In this document: positions 30,577-39,414 of the stretch, one piece after another
Numbering within the stretch: the first letter of the stretch is position 1
Layout: each line of letters begins with the position of its first letter
Source of the DNA: a bacterium
Lineage (GTDB): Bacteria > UBA6262 > WVXT01
Direction of reading: 5' to 3'
Assembly: GCA_046759165.1 (NCBI GenBank)
Contig: JBHIBS010000001.1
Location: 22,304 to 86,303, forward strand
Length of the DNA: 64,000 bases
Position numbers and translations under genes: made by a program
Notes under the pieces: generated by a model
What the model was told of the DNA's origin: nothing
Databases searched by the model: none
The model's input: the letters and a program-made list of their open reading frames with translations, nothing else

Positions 30577-31464
30577 CTATGTAGAAAAAGTCTTGGGTAT
30601 TTGCGATAGGTTCGATATTTTGTCCATGACCTCATCTGCCATTTTTTGCAATGTATTTTTACTGGTCTTTTTGCCGAAGTACTTATTTAGAAAAATCTGC
30701 TCACCTATGCGGACTTTACACCTGCGAGAAAGACGGGGAAAAGGCACATCTCTCGGGAATACATCAAATGTCCCTGTAATGCCCACAGGGATTATTGGGA
30801 CCCTTGCTACTATTCCAAGTTTTACAAATCCTAGTTTCCCTCTCTGAATTTTTCCATTTATAGATCTACTTCCTTCCGGGAATATTACTACCACTTTATT
30901 TTGCTGCAAAATCTTCACTACTTCTCTAAAATATTTTACTCCAGGTTCTTCTCTGTCCAAGTAAATCCTCTCGTTATATCTCATAAACCATCTTAAAATC
31001 GACACTCGATGTAATTCCCGTGCTGCCAAAAAATATAATCTTCTTCTTATTACAGCAGATATAATAAAGAAATCAAGATAACTAGCGTGATTTGCCACAA
31101 TGATAGCACTATCTAATTTCGGCACACTCTCTATACCTTCTACTTCCCGTATCCAAAAAAGATAAAGAATTGCCCTTACTATTGGCTTTGTTAACAGATA
31201 AAAGACTCTTACGAGTAGTGGAGTTCTACGGTCAAATGCCCTGCGTTCGGATTTTGATCTCCTGTCGAGGAAATCGATCTCTATTTTTTTGACCCTTCGT
31301 TCCTTACGTCTACGTTCCCTTTGTTTACGGCTGTTCATGTATACATTTTGCTTCTGATAAGGGTCTTCAATCAACCTATGTTTAATTTTATAACTTGCAA
31401 AATTACCCAGCATCTCGTCATCTTTAGTATACATTTTGCCAAGAATGTGCCAGATTTTGCCCAT
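30577..31464 (-). CDS. plsC: 1-acyl-glycerol-3-phosphate acyltransferase (PlsC family) with [D/E]RR-repeat N-terminal extension; start uncertain (31464 or 31338)
   Basis: NHASYLD, IFPEGSRS, PIIPVGI. Confidence 0.85.
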   Translation of the reverse strand: MGKIWHILGKMYTKDDEMLGNFASYKIKHRLIEDPYQKQNVYMNSRKQRERRRKERRVKKIEIDFLDRRSKSERRAFDRRTPLLVRVFYLLTKPIVRAILYLFWIREVEGIESVPKLDSAIIVANHASYLDFFIISAVIRRRLYFLAARELHRVSILRWFMRYNERIYLDREEPGVKYFREVVKILQQNKVVVIFPEGSRSINGKIQRGKLGFVKLGIVARVPIIPVGITGTFDVFPRDVPFPRLSRRCKVRIGEQIFLNKYFGKKTSKNTLQKMADEVMDKISNLSQIPKTFST

Positions 31465-31621
31465 TGACTCTTTTTCAGACTCCTTGGTCGGCGACCATCC
31501 CGCTCGGGCAAAGTTAATTGCAGGTTGTCCCCACGTTCTTTTTGGATATCTGAGAATTCATCTGTGGATTCTGTCAATGAAGCCTCCCTTTTCGGAAGGA
31601 CTCCAATTTTGAGCTGCCAGC

Positions 31622-32989
31622 CTAAATTTTCGTCAAAATTTCTTCCCCGATTTTATAGACGTCGCCGGCTCCTAATGTGAGAAGCAGATCCTGGGGGCGT
31701 ACCCTTTTGACGACCTCCTCAATTAGAGCTTCTCGGTTTGAAACCAAAGTAACAGTTCCTCTCTTCTCGGCAGGGAAGGATTCCAGGATTAAGGATGAAG
31801 AGATTCCTGGAATGGGCTTCTCTCCCGCAGAATAGATATCTGTGAGCCAAATTTGGCTGACACTTTCAAAGGAGGGTCCAAATTTTTCTGCTAGGTCTCT
31901 CGTGCGCGTATACCGATGCGGCTGGAAGATAACTAACAGCCTCCTTTCTGGCCAGATCGATTTGATCGTCTCCAGAGTTACTCTTATTTCTGTGGGATGG
32001 TGTCCATAGTCGTCTATAAACACTATATCGTTCTTTCTGGCCTTAATCTCCAGCCTTCGACTAACGCCAGTAAAATCAACAAAAGCCTTTCGAATCTTTT
32101 CAAATTCTATTCCCAGTTCAATACCGACCGCAGCTGCGCCTAGAGAGTTGATGACGTTATAAGCTCCAGGAAGGTGCAGTTTGAGCCTGCCCAGATTTCT
32201 TCCAGAAAAGCAGAGGTCAAATTCAGTGTCCATTCCTTCATACACTATATTTTCCGCATAAAAATCAAGGGTTTTCCCTCTCCCATAAGTATAATATTTT
32301 CTCGTTATTTGAGGAATAATTGACTTGATATTCAGATCCTCACCGCAAAGGATAATAGACCCATAAAAAGGAACTTTATTTACGAACTGTATAAAAGCAC
32401 TTTTGATATTATCCAAGGTTTTATAGTAATCAAGATGGTCATCGTCTATATTTGTGAGAAGGGCGATAGTGGGAGTAAGTTTGAGAAAAGAGCCGTCGCT
32501 CTCATCTGCTTCAGCCACTATGAACTCCCCCTTACCCAATTTAGCAGAAGAGCCAATATTTTTTAAACGCCCGCCAATTACTACTGTGGGATCCAATCCA
32601 CCCTCCGCCAGAACCATGGCTACAAGTGAAGTGGTCATTGTTTTTCCATGGGTACCAGCAATTGTCAGAGCATACTTCAACCTCATCAACTCGGCAAGCA
32701 TCTCAGCTCGAGGAATAACTGGAATTTTAAGTTTCTTTGCTTGAACCACTTCCGGATTATCAAGGAGTACCGCGCTGGAAGTAACCACCACGTGGGCATC
32801 TCCCACCTGTTTAGGTCTATGACCGATAAATATTTCACCGCCCAGGGATGCCAACCTCTGTGTCACCTCTGTCTGCCTGAGGTCCGACCCACTAACTTTA
32901 TAGCCCAAATTTATCAGGACTTCAGCAATTCCGCTCATCCCCGAACCACCTATTCCCACCAAATGTATGTGTTGAATCTTCTTTAACAT
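31622..32989 (-). CDS. murC: UDP-N-acetylmuramate--L-alanine ligase
   Basis: HLVGIGGSGMSG, GTHGKT, EADESD, DDYGHHPTE, FQPHRYTR. Confidence 0.98.
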   Translation of the reverse strand: MLKKIQHIHLVGIGGSGMSGIAEVLINLGYKVSGSDLRQTEVTQRLASLGGEIFIGHRPKQVGDAHVVVTSSAVLLDNPEVVQAKKLKIPVIPRAEMLAELMRLKYALTIAGTHGKTMTTSLVAMVLAEGGLDPTVVIGGRLKNIGSSAKLGKGEFIVAEADESDGSFLKLTPTIALLTNIDDDHLDYYKTLDNIKSAFIQFVNKVPFYGSIILCGEDLNIKSIIPQITRKYYTYGRGKTLDFYAENIVYEGMDTEFDLCFSGRNLGRLKLHLPGAYNVINSLGAAAVGIELGIEFEKIRKAFVDFTGVSRRLEIKARKNDIVFIDDYGHHPTEIRVTLETIKSIWPERRLLVIFQPHRYTRTRDLAEKFGPSFESVSQIWLTDIYSAGEKPIPGISSSLILESFPAEKRGTVTLVSNREALIEEVVKRVRPQDLLLTLGAGDVYKIGEEILTKI

Positions 32990-33014
32990 TCTGGTTTAGC
33001 CTTTCGACAAGCCC

Positions 33015-34094
33015 CTACATTGCTTCAATTAAATCGGCCATCCTGGTGGCTGCATCGTCAATAGACAGTCTTCTTGTATTATCGGCCATGCCCCTCAACT
33101 CTGCCTGGTCATCAATCAAGTGGATGATGATATCAGCTAGTATCTCACCCGTTAACTGATCGTCCTCAATGAGTAGACAAGCCCCTCTCTTTGATAGAAA
33201 CTCAGCATTCGTCTTCTGGTGACCAGCAGTTGCATAAGGATAGGGAATAAGAATGCTGGGTAACCCTTTTGCTATGATTTCAGCGACAGTACTTGCGCCA
33301 GAGCGGGAAATTACCAGATCACAACAGCTATAGGCATATTCCATATGGAGAAGATAAGGAAGAACACATGACGAGTAATCTCTTTTCTCGTATTCTTCTC
33401 TTATTTCCGAAAATTGCTCAATGCCCACAATGTGTATAATTTGAATCTTCTTCCTCAGCGGGGTCAAAAAATTTAATGCCTTTACTGTTGCCAGGTTTAT
33501 GCTATGGGCGCCTTGACTCCCTCCAAAAACCAGGAGGTTCTTCTTGCCCTCCACCAGATTCAACTTTCTTACCCCCTCGCTTCTTGCACAACTTAAGATG
33601 GATTTGCGAACAGGGTTTCCCGTAAGAAATGTCTTCTTAGAGGGAAAATATCTTTCGGTCTCTTTAAAACTGACCGTTATTATATTGACTATCTTGGCTA
33701 AAATTCTATTGGTCAGTCCAGGAAGAACATTTTGCTCGTGAATCGCACAAGTTATTCTAGAGATTTTAGCTGCCAGAACTACTGGGAAGGCTAAATATCC
33801 CCCCATTCCCACAACTATATCTGGTCTGAAACATCGGAAGATCTGTATAGACTGGAAGAACCCTTGAATAAATTTTCCAAGAAAGCGGATAACTTTCAGT
33901 GAAAATCCCCTTACCAAACCTTCTCCCACAATTTGGAAGAATGAGAATCCACTTTCTTGTGCTATTCTCTCGCCAATCCCTCTCTTTTTTCCCACCAGAA
34001 TAACTTCATTATTGCGTTTTCTCAACTTTTCTCCCAGTGCCAGACCTGGGTAAATGTGTCCACCCGTCCCTCCCAGAACAATCAAAATACGCAT
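33015..34094 (-). CDS. murG: Lipid II GlcNAc transferase MurG
   Basis: GGTGGH, GGY, HEQN..PG..N, GNPVR, GGSQGA, HQ..NA. Confidence 0.97.
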   Translation of the reverse strand: MRILIVLGGTGGHIYPGLALGEKLRKRNNEVILVGKKRGIGERIAQESGFSFFQIVGEGLVRGFSLKVIRFLGKFIQGFFQSIQIFRCFRPDIVVGMGGYLAFPVVLAAKISRITCAIHEQNVLPGLTNRILAKIVNIITVSFKETERYFPSKKTFLTGNPVRKSILSCARSEGVRKLNLVEGKKNLLVFGGSQGAHSINLATVKALNFLTPLRKKIQIIHIVGIEQFSEIREEYEKRDYSSCVLPYLLHMEYAYSCCDLVISRSGASTVAEIIAKGLPSILIPYPYATAGHQKTNAEFLSKRGACLLIEDDQLTGEILADIIIHLIDDQAELRGMADNTRRLSIDDAATRMADLIEAM

Positions 34095-34165
34095 AACACC
34101 CCTCTGTGAACAAGAATCCTCGAAGTTATCCCCTTCGGGGGTTCACACCAAGATTCCTTTATAAT

Positions 34166-34223
34166 GCAGATCTTCACTCTTCAGCTACATTCATTTACGG
34201 GTTCGATGCATCGAACCCCTACA
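34166..34223 (-). repeat. Composite REP (unit A TGTAGGGGTTCGATGCATCGAACCC + unit B TGTAGCTGAAGAG..TCTGC)
   Basis: Same arrangement and similar spacer as 37915-37972 and 49658-49715. Confidence 0.75.
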
Positions 34224-34240
34224 TCCACTAGTTCCAGTTA

Positions 34241-35407
34241 CTATGTCTGTCTGGAAATATTGAGAAGTATTCCCACTCCCAGCAGCGAGAAGACCAGAGA
34301 AGACCCTCCATATGAGAGAAAAGGTAAGGTGATCCCTTTAGTTGGCAGACAAGCAGTAACTATACTGATATTTAAAACAGCCTGGAAGGTGATTAAAAAA
34401 GTAATTCCGGCAGCCAGTAAATTTCCGAATTGATTGGGTGCTCTTGTAGCTATACGTAGTCCCCTCCAGGCAACAAGAACGAATAGGAATACTATCAAGC
34501 TGGCACCCAAAAATCCGAGCTCTTCTCCAATTATCGGAAAAATAAAGTCCGAATAAGGCTCGGGTAGAAAGAACAATTTGGCCCTAGAAGCGCCCAAGCC
34601 TTTCCCAAAAAGACCTCCTGAGCCTAGAGCAAGAAGAGCCTGAACGGCCTGGTAGCCTATCCTCTGGGCATCAGCCCATGGATTGAGGAAGGTTAGAATT
34701 CGCTCTCGGCGATATCCTACATGAAAAATTGCGAAATATAAAAGTGGTAGACTTAAGAGGACAAGCGAGAGAAGATGCGAAAGCCTAACTCCTCCCATAA
34801 AGAGCATTACTAATATAACCAGTGCCAGGATAACAGCAGTCCCCAGATCTGGCTCGGCATAAACAAGTGTCAGAAACATTGCTGTTACTACTAGAATTGG
34901 CAAAAGCCCTTTTTTGAAATTCTGGAGTTTGCTTCCTTTCCGGTCTAAAGCATCCGCCACATAGAGAATCAAACAAAATTTTGCCATCTCGGAAGGTTGA
35001 AAGCTCACCATTCCAAACTTAAGCCAGCGCTTGATTTCTCCTGACTCTACTAGCAAAACTAAAAAGAGGAGGCCCAATGAGAAAACCATAAGCGGTCGGG
35101 AAAACTTCTGCAACTTGTTATAATCAACCCTTGCTAAAGCAAGCATTAAGAATGTGCCCATTACCGTCCAGATAAACTGCTTGGTTAGAAACAGATAACT
35201 CGTGTCGAACTTTTTATGAGATACAATTGCGCTGGCACTGAAAACCATAACCACACCTGTGAAAACCAAGAATAGAACAACCAAGAGTAGAAGAATATCG
35301 CAGCGATGATACTCTGGTGCATATAGGCCTTTCTTTCGCTTGTATCTCGGGCTTCTAAATCCTCTGACAAATCTTCTTTTTTGAGTTCTCAGATCTCTCT
35401 TACCCAT
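34241..35407 (-). CDS. ftsW: SEDS protein FtsW
   Basis: MVFSAS, RW....SFQPSE..K, EPDLG, GYQ, LPE..SDFIF..IGEELG, GITLPF.SYGGSS. Confidence 0.96.
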   Translation of the reverse strand: MGKRDLRTQKRRFVRGFRSPRYKRKKGLYAPEYHRCDILLLLVVLFLVFTGVVMVFSASAIVSHKKFDTSYLFLTKQFIWTVMGTFLMLALARVDYNKLQKFSRPLMVFSLGLLFLVLLVESGEIKRWLKFGMVSFQPSEMAKFCLILYVADALDRKGSKLQNFKKGLLPILVVTAMFLTLVYAEPDLGTAVILALVILVMLFMGGVRLSHLLSLVLLSLPLLYFAIFHVGYRRERILTFLNPWADAQRIGYQAVQALLALGSGGLFGKGLGASRAKLFFLPEPYSDFIFPIIGEELGFLGASLIVFLFVLVAWRGLRIATRAPNQFGNLLAAGITFLITFQAVLNISIVTACLPTKGITLPFLSYGGSSLVFSLLGVGILLNISRQT

Positions 35408-36807
35408 GTCTTGAAATCTTTTCCTCTTTCCTCAAAGTCGGAATACATATCGAAACTGGAACAGGCTGGAGAAAGGAGAATCGAGCTACCCGGCTGGCTT
35501 AAACCATAGGACAACTCTACTGCTTCCTTCATCCCATCTACCCTGTAAATGGTAGCCGAACCGATTAACTCCCTCTCTATTCTGGGAGCAGCTTGACCCA
35601 GCAAAACAAGGGCAGCGACTTTCTCTCTAACCAAATTCGTTAATGGTCTATAAGGCGCGCCTTTATCATAGCCTCCCATGATGAGTATAATCGGGGCCTG
35701 AAATGTTTCCAGCGCCCTCTGACAAGCATCAACATTTGTCGCCTTAGAATCGTTAATAAATCTCCTCCCATCGATTTCGCGAACCATTTCCAGACGATGT
35801 TCTATTCCTGGGAACGCCTCAATTGCTCTTCTGAGCTTATTTCTCAATATACCAAATATATTTCCCACTGCAATGGCCGCCAGAGCATTCTCTAAATTAT
35901 GGGGACCAGGGAGCCTTACATCTTCAACTGAAAGTCCATCTCTATCAGAAGGAACTTTCGCCGTCGAGTCTAAATTGGAAATTATTCTCCCTCCCTTAAC
36001 AAAAACTCCTTTTCGCAAGGCTCTCTTACTACTGAAGAAAATAACTCGGGACTTCGCTTTCCGCCCTAGAATTCTACATCTCCTATCGTCTCCATTTAGA
36101 ATACAGAAGTCCTTCTCTGTCTGTTTCTTAAGAATATTAGCCTTAGCCTGGGTGTACCTGCCCATTGTCTTGTGCCTATCCATGTGGTCAGGAGTTATGT
36201 TCAAGATCACTGCCACATAGGGATGGAAAGACTTCACATTCTCTAACTGGAAACTGCTAATTTCGAGGACCAAAACAGTCCTCTTCGTAATCCGACCCAC
36301 CACACTGGATAGAGGCGTGCCAATATTGCCTGCAACCATTACGTTTCTTCTTCTGTCACTCTTTAACACTGCCCCAATTAACTCGCAAGTTGTGGTTTTT
36401 CCGTTGGTTCCTGTAACAGCCACGACAGGAGGAAATGGCAAAGTTTTCCAGTCGAGCTCACCACAGGCAATATTAAATGCCACCTCTACTTCACTCACCA
36501 CAGGGATTTTCAGCTCCCTTGCCTTCTCCACCAGGGGATTTTCCTGGGGGACGCCAGGACTTATGACTACCAAGTCGCATTCAGGAACTAAATTCTTTAG
36601 TCTGACTAAATCCTGGCGACCTGGAACAATCCTTACCCCTTTTTTAAGTTTTTTTATGTTACCTGTTAATTCCCTTTTACTCTTTTCATCGGTTACTGTC
36701 ACTCTGGCGCCCCGAGTGGTCAATAGATTAGCTACCGCCAAGCCACTTCGGGCCAAACCTATAACTAATACTTTCCTCCCTTGGTAATAATTTTCTGTCA
36801 GTGTCAT
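35389..36807 (-). CDS. murD: UDP-MurNAc-L-Ala--D-glutamate ligase
   Basis: GLARSG, SPGVP, GTNGKTT, EISSFQLE, NDSKATN, LLSPACSSFD. Confidence 0.97.
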   Translation of the reverse strand: MTLTENYYQGRKVLVIGLARSGLAVANLLTTRGARVTVTDEKSKRELTGNIKKLKKGVRIVPGRQDLVRLKNLVPECDLVVISPGVPQENPLVEKARELKIPVVSEVEVAFNIACGELDWKTLPFPPVVAVTGTNGKTTTCELIGAVLKSDRRRNVMVAGNIGTPLSSVVGRITKRTVLVLEISSFQLENVKSFHPYVAVILNITPDHMDRHKTMGRYTQAKANILKKQTEKDFCILNGDDRRCRILGRKAKSRVIFFSSKRALRKGVFVKGGRIISNLDSTAKVPSDRDGLSVEDVRLPGPHNLENALAAIAVGNIFGILRNKLRRAIEAFPGIEHRLEMVREIDGRRFINDSKATNVDACQRALETFQAPIILIMGGYDKGAPYRPLTNLVREKVAALVLLGQAAPRIERELIGSATIYRVDGMKEAVELSYGLSQPGSSILLSPACSSFDMYSDFEERGKDFKTWVREI

Positions 36808-37889
36808 CTAAGTTTTAACGCACTTAAAGCTATTAAGGCCAAAATAATCCCCACAATCCAGAACCTGATTACTACTTTTGGCTCGGACCAACCAATCAAT
36901 TCAAAGTGGTGATGCAAAGGTGCCATTTTCAAGACTCTCTTACCTCGGAGCTTAAAAGAAGCAACTTGCAGAATCACTGATAGCGCTTCGACCACAAAAA
37001 TTCCTCCGACAATGACCAAGAGAAGTTCTTGTTTAATGATCAGGGCAACGATACCAATTGTTCCCCCTAAAAAGAGGGAACCAGTGTCACCCATGAAGAT
37101 CTCTGCTGGATAGCTGTTGAACCACAAGAATCCCAGACCCGCCCCTGCCATTGAACCCAGAAAGATGGAAAGCTCCCCAGCACCAGGAACCGGAACAATG
37201 CGCAGATAACTGCTAAAATTAGCGTGGCCTGCCAAGTATGCCATCAAAGCATAGGTCATTGCAGCAATGAGGATTGAACCTACTGCCAACCCATCCAAAC
37301 CATCAGTTAAATTGACTGCATTGGAGGAACCAACCACGAGTAGAATAGCAAAAAGCGCGTAAAGCCACCCAAGATTAATGAAGAAATCTTTCAAGTATGG
37401 TATATTGAGCTGGGTTACGTATCCGGGACTGACTGGATAGTGATAAAGATGAATTACAATAATTATAGCCAAAATTGATTGCCCGAAGAGTTTATACCTT
37501 GCTATAAGTCCCCGACTTCGCTTTTTTATCAATTTTAGATAGTCGTCAAGGAAACCCAATAGTCCCAACCAGAGAGTGGAGAGAAGAATAATTATGGTGA
37601 AGCGATTATCGAGACGAGCCCAGAGAAAGGTCGAAACAGTAAGGCTAATTAGAATGATTAATCCACCCATTGTGGGGGTTCCTGCTTTCTTCATATGGCT
37701 GGGCGGGCCATCTTCCCGTATCTGTTGACCTATATGCAATTGTTTCAATTTCTTTATTAACAGAGGTGCAAGGAATAAACTCAAAACCAAAGAGGTAAAT
37801 ATAGCAGCCCCAGCACGAAAAGTTATGTATTTGAAAAGATTGAAAGGGAAGAAGTACACATGTAGAGGATATAAGAGATGATAGAACAT
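36804..37889 (-). CDS. mraY: Phospho-MurNAc-pentapeptide transferase
   Basis: GTPTMGG, DDY.K, NAVNLTDGLDGLA, FMGDTGS, MAPLHHHFE. Confidence 0.98.
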   Translation of the reverse strand: MFYHLLYPLHVYFFPFNLFKYITFRAGAAIFTSLVLSLFLAPLLIKKLKQLHIGQQIREDGPPSHMKKAGTPTMGGLIILISLTVSTFLWARLDNRFTIIILLSTLWLGLLGFLDDYLKLIKKRSRGLIARYKLFGQSILAIIIVIHLYHYPVSPGYVTQLNIPYLKDFFINLGWLYALFAILLVVGSSNAVNLTDGLDGLAVGSILIAAMTYALMAYLAGHANFSSYLRIVPVPGAGELSIFLGSMAGAGLGFLWFNSYPAEIFMGDTGSLFLGGTIGIVALIIKQELLLVIVGGIFVVEALSVILQVASFKLRGKRVLKMAPLHHHFELIGWSEPKVVIRFWIVGIILALIALSALKLR

Positions 37890-37914
37890 TTACTCTCCAG
37901 ATAACGACCTCAAA

Positions 37915-37972
37915 GCAGACTTTCGCTCTGCCACTACATACATTTACGGGTGCAATCAATCCAACCCCTACA
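37915..37972 (-). repeat. Composite REP (units A+B)
   Basis: TGTAGGGGTTGGATTGATTGCACCC-GTAAATGTA-TGTAGTGGCAGAGCGAAAGTCTGC. Confidence 0.72.
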
Positions 37973-37988
37973 GGAAGTATGTAGTTTC

Positions 37989-39413
37989 TTAGCAGAGTTT
38001 TGCTCTGCCGCTACATTCTTTCCTATAACAGCAAAGTGTAAGGTATTTCGTAACTTCCTCTAATCCCATCTTGCGAGACCCTTTAATCAGCACTGCATCC
38101 TTTGCCTTCAGCAATTCCTTCAGTTTCCTAGAGGCAAATTTCTTATCCTTAAAAGAGAATATATTGCTCCTTTCCATTCCCCACTCACGAGCACCCCGAG
38201 CGATAAATCGGGCATCCTCTCCTATCGTGATTAAGCTATAGATTGGGCTGGTAGCCACTATCTTGCCAATCTCCTGATGAAATTTTCGACTCATCGTGCC
38301 CAATTCCAACATATCGCCCAAAACGACTATTTTCCGCTGGGAGGGAAAAGAGGAAATAAGTTCGCTTAATGCAGCTTTTACAGAAGTGGGATTAGCATTA
38401 TAAGCGTCGTTAATGATTGTGACCTTACCATATTTCAACTTTTCCATCCTCAGCTTGGGAAATTTGAATTCCCTAAGCACATCAGCCATCAAGGGAAGGG
38501 AGATGTCAAACTCTTTAGCAACGCTTATGGCAGCCAATGCATTATAAATGTTGTAACGTCCTAAACAGTATAAATCAAATTCCTTTCTATCTCTCCCCAC
38601 GTGGACGGTGAAAGAAAGTTTTTCCTTCCCCCAGGACCTACTTCCCACAACATCACTCGCCCGCACATCAGCCTGCCGGTTTGTTCCAAAAGTAATTATT
38701 TCCCGTTTTATCCTTTTAAACTGGTTCCTCAAATGGAAATCATCAATATTTAACACGACTTTCCCTTGCGGAGGCAGAAGTTGAACAAGTTCCATTTTAC
38801 CAGAAAGCACATTAGAAATGCAACGGAAAAATTGGAGGTGGGTGGGACCGATGTTGGTAATTACCCCAATTTGTGGTAGGGAAATCTCCGCCAATCTCTT
38901 AATCTCCCCGGCGTGGTTGGCTCCCATTTCCACAACCAGAAACTCCGCCTCAGGAAAAATCCCGAAAAGGGTCAAGGGAAGACCAACTATATTGTTGTAG
39001 TTACCAGTAGTGGCTATCACTTTATACTTCGATAAGAGGAGCGCCTTCAACATATCCTTCGTTGTCGTCTTACCATTGCTGCCAGTTACTCCCACAACCA
39101 CAGGATTGAACTTCTGACGATAAAACTTGGCCAATTCTTGCAGGGCAGTCAAGGTATGGGCTACTCTTATAATCGCTATTCTAGTAGCCAGTCTTTTCTT
39201 CCTAGAAACAACCACCGCCTTTGCACCCTTTTCTATCGCCTCCTCGAGAAAATCGTGGCCATCGAACCTTTCTCCTTTCAGCGCAAAGAAGATTTCTCCC
39301 TTCTTTATAGTGCGACTGTCAATGGAGACACCTGAAATTTCTCCTCGCTGACTTCCACAAATTAATTCACCCCGGACGGCTCTTATTACCTCCCTTATAG
39401 TAAGTCTTTCCAT
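37989..39413 (-). CDS. murF: UDP-MurNAc-tripeptide--D-Ala-D-Ala ligase
   Basis: DSR, GSNGKTTTK, EMG, NDAYNANP.S, LGDMLELG, KGSR. Confidence 0.96.
   Translation of the reverse strand: MERLTIREVIRAVRGELICGSQRGEISGVSIDSRTIKKGEIFFALKGERFDGHDFLEEAIEKGAKAVVVSRKKRLATRIAIIRVAHTLTALQELAKFYRQKFNPVVVGVTGSNGKTTTKDMLKALLLSKYKVIATTGNYNNIVGLPLTLFGIFPEAEFLVVEMGANHAGEIKRLAEISLPQIGVITNIGPTHLQFFRCISNVLSGKMELVQLLPPQGKVVLNIDDFHLRNQFKRIKREIITFGTNRQADVRASDVVGSRSWGKEKLSFTVHVGRDRKEFDLYCLGRYNIYNALAAISVAKEFDISLPLMADVLREFKFPKLRMEKLKYGKVTIINDAYNANPTSVKAALSELISSFPSQRKIVVLGDMLELGTMSRKFHQEIGKIVATSPIYSLITIGEDARFIARGAREWGMERSNIFSFKDKKFASRKLKELLKAKDAVLIKGSRKMGLEEVTKYLTLCCYRKECSGRAKLC
37992..38015 (-). repeat. REP unit B encoding the MurF C-terminal residues
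   Basis: TGTAGCGGCAGAGCAAAACTCTGC = CSGRAKLC, followed directly by TAA. Confidence 0.7.
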
Positions 39414-39414
39414 A

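Noticed and set aside
31371-31577. 68-aa ORF between murC and plsC
   Set aside because: Overlaps the plsC frame and has no recognisable motif.
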